Source: an uncultured Clostridia bacterium | Lineage (GTDB): Bacteria > Bacillota > Clostridia > Christensenellales > UBA1242 | Direction: 5' to 3' | DNA length: 60,889 bases | Assembly (NCBI GenBank): GCA_947626955.1 | Contig: CANQUB010000003.1 | Span: forward strand, 1-60,889 | Shown: in pieces, positions 54,154 through 60,889 of the stretch | Position numbering within the stretch: the first letter of the stretch is position 1 | Layout of the letters: every line of letters begins with the position of its first letter | Translations under genes and position numbers: made by a program | Notes under the pieces: generated by a model | What the model saw: the letters and a program-made list of their open reading frames with translations, nothing else | Told to the model about the DNA's origin: nothing | The model's database searches: none

Positions 54154-56676
54154 CTATTCTTCGGTTATGGTCTCGTCAATCTCCATATCAGGCAGGGTCT
54201 CGCCGTCATCGGTCATGTCTTCAGCAACATGGTCGGCAATGGCAACGCACATAACCTTTGCACCCTCTTTCAGCCTCATGACCTTGACGCCCACGGTGTC
54301 ACGGCCGATGATGGAAATGTCTTTTGCAGGGGTTCGCATGATTATTCCGTTGTCGGCAATTATCATGACATCCTCATCCTCGGCAACTTGTTTAAGGTTT
54401 ACAAGGCGGCCGGTCTTGTTGTTGAACACGCCAGCCTTGACTCCCTTACCACGTCGGTTTTGCAAACGATATTCGTCTTGTGGCGAACGTTTACCGTAGC
54501 CGTTTTCGGTAACGGTGAGAAGATCGTAGCCCTCTTTTAGAACAATCATGTCTACAAGGTAGTCGTCTTCGGCAAGGTCGATGGCTCTAACACCCATGGT
54601 GTCACGGCCGAGAGGTCGAACGTCTTTCTCGCTGAACTTTATGCACTTGCCTTCGTTTGATGCAACGATGATCTCGTTTTCGCCGTTCGAGAATTGAACC
54701 GAGATAAGTTCGTCACCCTCGGCAAGCGAAATGGCAATCTTTCCACTGCGGCGAATGTTGTTATACTCTTTTATGTCGGTCTTTTTGATCATGCCCAACT
54801 TGGTGGCAAGAACCAAATATCCGTCGGTCTGCTTGGTCATTGGAATTATGGCGTTGATCTTCTCTTCGCCGGCCAGCTCAAGCAGGTTGACAATGGCTCT
54901 ACCCTTGGCCTGCTTTTGACCCTCAGGAATTTCGTAGCCCTTGATGGTGTAAACCTTGCCGTAGTTGCTAAACAAAAGGATATCGTCGTGGGTTGAGGAG
55001 ATGAACATTTGCTCAACAAAGTCCTCTTCCTTGGCCTTATGGGCAGTCACTCCCAGGCCGCCACGGTGCTGGCTCTTGTACTCAGCCACTGGAATACGCT
55101 TTATGTATCCGAAGTGGGTCATGGAGATTACCACGTCTTCTTTTTCAATGAGGTCGGCAATGTTTATGTCGCTGAAGTCTTGGCTTATCTCGCTGCGACG
55201 CTCTTCATTATATTTGTCCTTAATTTCGTTAAGCTCGTCAGCAATGATATTTTTAATTTTCTCTTCGCTGGCAAGTATTCCCCTAAGGTCGACAATGGTC
55301 TTTAGCAGTTCCTCTTCCTCTTCTTTAAGCTTTTCAACTTCTAGGCTGGTCAGTCTTTGTAGCCTCATGTCCAAAATGGCGTTGGCCTGCTTGTCGCTGA
55401 GAAGGAAGCTGTTTTGAAGCTTGGTGGATGCGTCAACACGGTCAGCCGAGCTCTTAATTATCTTGATAACCTCGTCGATATTGGCAAGGGCAATGACAAG
55501 CCCCTTGACGATATGCTCTCTTTCCTCGGCCTTGTTTAGGTCAAAGCGAGTGCGGCGAGTGATGACGTCTTTTTGGTGCTCAATGTAGCACTCTAGCATT
55601 TGCTTGAGGTTTAGTATCTTTGGCACTCTATCCACAAGGGCAAGGAAGGTTATTCCATAGCTTGTTTGCAGCTGGGTGTGCTTGAACAAATAGTTGAGCA
55701 CAACCTGTGGCTGGTAGTCGCGCTTGATGTCGATGATAAGTCTCATGCCCATCTTGTCTGACTCGTCTTTGATGTCGGCAATGCCCTCTACCCTCTTGTT
55801 CTTTACAAGGTCGGCAATGGCAATGGTAAGCTCGGCCTTGTTCACTTGGTAAGGCAGCTCGGTTATTATTATTCTTGAGCGATTGCCGTCGTCCTCAATC
55901 TCGGTGCGGGCACGAACAACAATGTTGCCACGGCCGGTTGTGTAGGCGTTTTGAGCCCCCTTTGTGCCCATTATAATGCCGCCGGTTGGGTAGTCAGGTG
56001 CGGGCACGAACTTTATAAGATCCTCAACATTGGCCTCGGGGTTGTGAAGAAGATAGGTGGTGGCGTCGATGACCTCTCCAAGGTTGTGTGGAGGGATATT
56101 TGTGGCCATACCAACGGCTATACCGTCCGAACCGTTTACAAGCAGGTTTGGAAACCTTGATGGGAGCACGGCAGGCTGCTGCAAGCTTTCATCAAAGTTT
56201 GGAACGAAGTCTACTGTGTTTTTATCAATATCACGCAGCATTTCGTTGGCAATCTTGCTCATTCTTGCCTCGGTGTAACGATAGGCCGCAGGAGGGTCAC
56301 CATCCACCGATCCGAAGTTTCCGTGTCCGTCAATGAGCGGATAATTTATCGAAAAGTCTTGTGCCAAGCGGACAAGCGCGCCATATACCGCACTGTCGCC
56401 GTGTGGGTGGTATTTACCAAGCACGTCACCGACAATTCTTGCACATTTTTTAAATGGCTTGTCGCTGGTCAGCCCGAGCTCGCTCATGGAATACAAAATT
56501 CGACGGTGAACAGGCTTTAAACCATCTCGAACATCGGGGATGGCACGGGATACGTTGACGGCCATGGCGTAGTCCATAAAGGACTTTTTCATTTCGTCTT
56601 CGATCTCACGCGTGATGATCTTGGTGTTGTCCACAATCTGTTCATATTCTTGACTATAATCGTGTTTCTTTGCCAT
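54154..56676 (-). CDS. gyrA: DNA gyrase subunit A
   Basis: [28 protein letters not shown]; GyrA-box QHRGGLG in the C-terminal domain. Confidence 0.98.
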   Translation of the reverse strand: MAKKHDYSQEYEQIVDNTKIITREIEDEMKKSFMDYAMAVNVSRAIPDVRDGLKPVHRRILYSMSELGLTSDKPFKKCARIVGDVLGKYHPHGDSAVYGALVRLAQDFSINYPLIDGHGNFGSVDGDPPAAYRYTEARMSKIANEMLRDIDKNTVDFVPNFDESLQQPAVLPSRFPNLLVNGSDGIAVGMATNIPPHNLGEVIDATTYLLHNPEANVEDLIKFVPAPDYPTGGIIMGTKGAQNAYTTGRGNIVVRARTEIEDDGNRSRIIITELPYQVNKAELTIAIADLVKNKRVEGIADIKDESDKMGMRLIIDIKRDYQPQVVLNYLFKHTQLQTSYGITFLALVDRVPKILNLKQMLECYIEHQKDVITRRTRFDLNKAEEREHIVKGLVIALANIDEVIKIIKSSADRVDASTKLQNSFLLSDKQANAILDMRLQRLTSLEVEKLKEEEEELLKTIVDLRGILASEEKIKNIIADELNEIKDKYNEERRSEISQDFSDINIADLIEKEDVVISMTHFGYIKRIPVAEYKSQHRGGLGVTAHKAKEEDFVEQMFISSTHDDILLFSNYGKVYTIKGYEIPEGQKQAKGRAIVNLLELAGEEKINAIIPMTKQTDGYLVLATKLGMIKKTDIKEYNNIRRSGKIAISLAEGDELISVQFSNGENEIIVASNEGKCIKFSEKDVRPLGRDTMGVRAIDLAEDDYLVDMIVLKEGYDLLTVTENGYGKRSPQDEYRLQNRRGKGVKAGVFNNKTGRLVNLKQVAEDEDVMIIADNGIIMRTPAKDISIIGRDTVGVKVMRLKEGAKVMCVAIADHVAEDMTDDGETLPDMEIDETITEE

Positions 56677-56687
56677 ATCCTTCTCCT

Positions 56688-58613
<1,926 letters not shown>

Positions 58614-58763
58614 TTATTAGGTTTATTTTACGGTCCTTTACAACCGTTTCAATTATACCAAAATTTTCTCCCCATGGGCAAGCAAAAATGGAGAATATAT
58701 TATAAATTATTATATATTATATATAATATAGCGTCTTACTATGGTAGAGGTTGAGTGACGAGT

Positions 58764-59009
58764 GAATTATACTCGTTTGCGTTGCAAACGAATTATACTC
58801 AGCCTTGCGGCTGAATGATACTCGTGCTACGCACGAATGATACTCGCCACTTTGTGGCGAATTAAGGCATCGCCCCACGGGCGAGAATTACATATAAAAA
58901 CATTCCCTAATTCGTTTGGCAACGCCAAACGAGTATCATTCGGCCATAGGCCGAGTATCATTTGGCCCTTCGGGCCAAGTATAATTCGCTACGAAGTGGC
59001 GAGTATAAT
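58764..59009. repeat. Mirror-symmetric array of an 11-nt motif alternating with variable mini-hairpins
   Basis: 4x gaat(t/g)atactc each followed by a different hairpin, central spacer, then 4x hairpin plus reverse-complement motif (g/a)agtat(c/a)att(c/t), the last one truncated. Confidence 0.9.
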
Positions 59010-59037
59010 AGAAAAAGTGGCTTCCGCCACTTTTTCT
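59010..59037. terminator. Perfect 12-bp hairpin overlapping the stop of the DUF6273-type gene
   Basis: agaaaaagtggc-ttcc-gccactttttct. Confidence 0.85.
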
Positions 59038-60499
59038 ATAGCGCTAGCGTCAAAGCGGGACGCACGCCGTAATGATAAGTGGTGACAACACTGCTGGTGC
59101 TGAGCGAGCCATCATGATAGACATTACATGCAAGATCGCTACGGCTGCCGGCCGACCGCAGCCACCAGTAGTTGGTACCTAAACGGTTGTTGGTCTCATA
59201 TGATGTATACATATAACTATAATTACTAAGAGCATAATCAGTTGGACTACAATATCTATAGTTACTTGTTCCACCTAAAGGATTCCCTCTTCCCGTTGCG
59301 TCAAGCTCATAATATGTAAGTAGATATATTTTGTCGTCAGTCTCTTTGTCTACTGGATAATATTCAGTGTTATCTTGGCTTTGATCATAGCCCATTGTTA
59401 TATTGTTCTTTAGGTGAGTACTTTGTATGGCTTCTTTTTCTTCGCTGTTAAAGGCTGAGTTTAAAAACTCGCTGTTCAGCCAATTCCTTATCCACGAGTT
59501 GTTCCAATCATTTCCATCGCTTGTGCTTTTATTGAATCGAATATTTGACGTTAGTAATTCTTCGGCCAGTATTTCTATTGGTTCACCGGCAACATATTCG
59601 TCATAATTTAATACTATCCATTTTATTGGTTCCACTTTGAACCATACTGTTGTTCCATTGGCCTTGACTGTTGTTGTGTCTTTATATGTATATGATGAAC
59701 CATCAGTATATCTATAGCTAGTTCCTCTTGCATAAAGTTCTCCATCGGTATATTTATATGAGATGAAGGTTCTATTCAAATTTCCGGTTGCGTCAGCATA
59801 AGCTTTATTTACATAATTTTTAACGGCTGTTGGAGAATTTTCAGTGTACCATGACTCCAAAGTTCCATTTAGTTCGTCCCCAACATATGTTTGTGGATAA
59901 TTTCCAAAATAAAGATAATGAAGTTGTATCCCCTTTCCTTTTTTCCCCACTTCAACTGTATCTTCACTTACTTCTATATTAATTCTCAATTTATTATCTT
60001 TAACCTCAGCTTCATTGCTAACCTTTACATCGGCACCTTTTTCGACATAGATTGCAGGGGCTGTTTTGGCTTTATTATTTTTTATTGTCCCGCCCTGAAT
60101 ATAGCAGTGGCCGCCGGCCTCGACATAGATGGCTCCGCCATAGTCGGCGGTGTTATTCTCTATTGTTCCACCTGTCATGGTGAATGTGGCTCCGCTAGAA
60201 ATATATATAGCTCCGCCATATTTATTTTTATGTCCTGATATTGTTCCACCCTGCATATTAAAAGTGCTGTTTGGTTCAAGAAAGATAGAGCCGCCTTTAT
60301 AGCCCGCACTTGCTGTGCTTGCTCCTGTATCTTCTTCCGAGCCTTCCACCCCGTCAGCATATACAATGGTTGCCGGCTGAGTTTTTGTCTCAGTATCTTC
60401 CTTATCAGCCAAACTCGTCGGCAAGATAACCCCCAGTGCCACTACTGCCACCATGATTATTGGAAGAAAGATTGCTAAAAACTTCTTAGATTTTTTCAT
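59036..60499 (-). CDS. Surface protein with GGAIY (Pmp-like beta-helix) repeats and C-terminal DUF6273-type domain; possible DGR target
   Basis: N-terminal TM; YGGAIY x2; YFGNYPQ, EPIKWIVL, DKIYLL, YWWLRS...GVRPAL. Confidence 0.85.
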   Translation of the reverse strand: MKKSKKFLAIFLPIIMVAVVALGVILPTSLADKEDTETKTQPATIVYADGVEGSEEDTGASTASAGYKGGSIFLEPNSTFNMQGGTISGHKNKYGGAIYISSGATFTMTGGTIENNTADYGGAIYVEAGGHCYIQGGTIKNNKAKTAPAIYVEKGADVKVSNEAEVKDNKLRINIEVSEDTVEVGKKGKGIQLHYLYFGNYPQTYVGDELNGTLESWYTENSPTAVKNYVNKAYADATGNLNRTFISYKYTDGELYARGTSYRYTDGSSYTYKDTTTVKANGTTVWFKVEPIKWIVLNYDEYVAGEPIEILAEELLTSNIRFNKSTSDGNDWNNSWIRNWLNSEFLNSAFNSEEKEAIQSTHLKNNITMGYDQSQDNTEYYPVDKETDDKIYLLTYYELDATGRGNPLGGTSNYRYCSPTDYALSNYSYMYTSYETNNRLGTNYWWLRSAGSRSDLACNVYHDGSLSTSSVVTTYHYGVRPALTLAL

Positions 60500-60628
60500 G
60501 TCTTTATCTCACTTTTTATTATTCTTCTTATCTTTTGTTTTTATTATAACACACTATTTTTCACACTATGCGTGCCTTGAAGGGTACCATATTGCAATAA
60601 ATTTCACTTTTCCTATATATCCAACGTC

Positions 60629-60830
60629 AAGTGAAAAGTGAAAGGTGAAAAGTGAAAAGTTAGGGAATTTCTTTTATATGTAACTTTTACGTAAAAGAGC
60701 AACTTTTCGTTCTTGTCTATCACCAATGTTGGGCTTCCCCTTGGTAAGAGGAAGCCTAAGATTAGATTGACACCATTTCTAACGGTGCCCCCGCATGCGG
60801 GGGAAAGGTGGGGCATCGCACCAATAGGGG
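60629..60830. repeat. 7-mer tract plus REP-like palindromes of the same repeat family
   Basis: aagtgaa/aggtgaa x4 at 60629-60660; gcttccccttggtaagaggaagcctaaga matches 51238-51266; cccccgca-tgcggggg. Confidence 0.75.
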
Positions 60831-60889
60831 GGATTGATAGGAACCTACAGTTGTTCTTTAACTTGAAGATTACTTATAAAATTTTCATC

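Noticed and set aside
58764-59009. CRISPR array
   Set aside because: Repeats are only 11 nt, spacers are 11-15-nt palindromes, half the array is inverted, and no cas genes are present.
59036-60889. Complete DGR cassette
   Set aside because: No reverse transcriptase, accessory gene or second copy of the VR-like sequence found in the window.

Overview
Chromosomal window from a Firmicutes (Bacillota), Clostridia-like bacterium; the taxonomy is inferred from protein style and tRNA sequences only, and code 11 fits. Housekeeping and metabolic genes include gyrB-gyrA, phosphoketolase, signal peptidase I, DegV, dCMP deaminase, ABC and MATE transporters, two HD hydrolases and a nucleoside phosphorylase. 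There are four intact tRNA genes (Arg-TCG, Glu-TTC, Met-CAT, Ser-GGA) and fragments of initiator tRNA-Met. Accessory content includes a 2.3k-aa repeat surface protein, a ~5.7 kb serine-recombinase island in the tRNA-Glu 3' end carrying GIY-YIG and PIN cargo, and a NADAR-like/AAA/WYL trio. The most unusual signal is non-coding. (1) A modular family of structured intergenic repeats occurs at about 10 loci; modules are shuffled and inverted, some stems covary, and at four tRNA identities they are fused to duplicated tRNA fragments. (2) A mirror-symmetric array of one 11-nt motif alternates with variable mini-hairpins at 58764-59009. (3) Directly next to that array, a DUF6273-type gene ends in what looks like a diversity-generating-retroelement variable region, but no RT or template repeat is in the window. 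All family assignments come from motif recognition by eye; no database searches were run.
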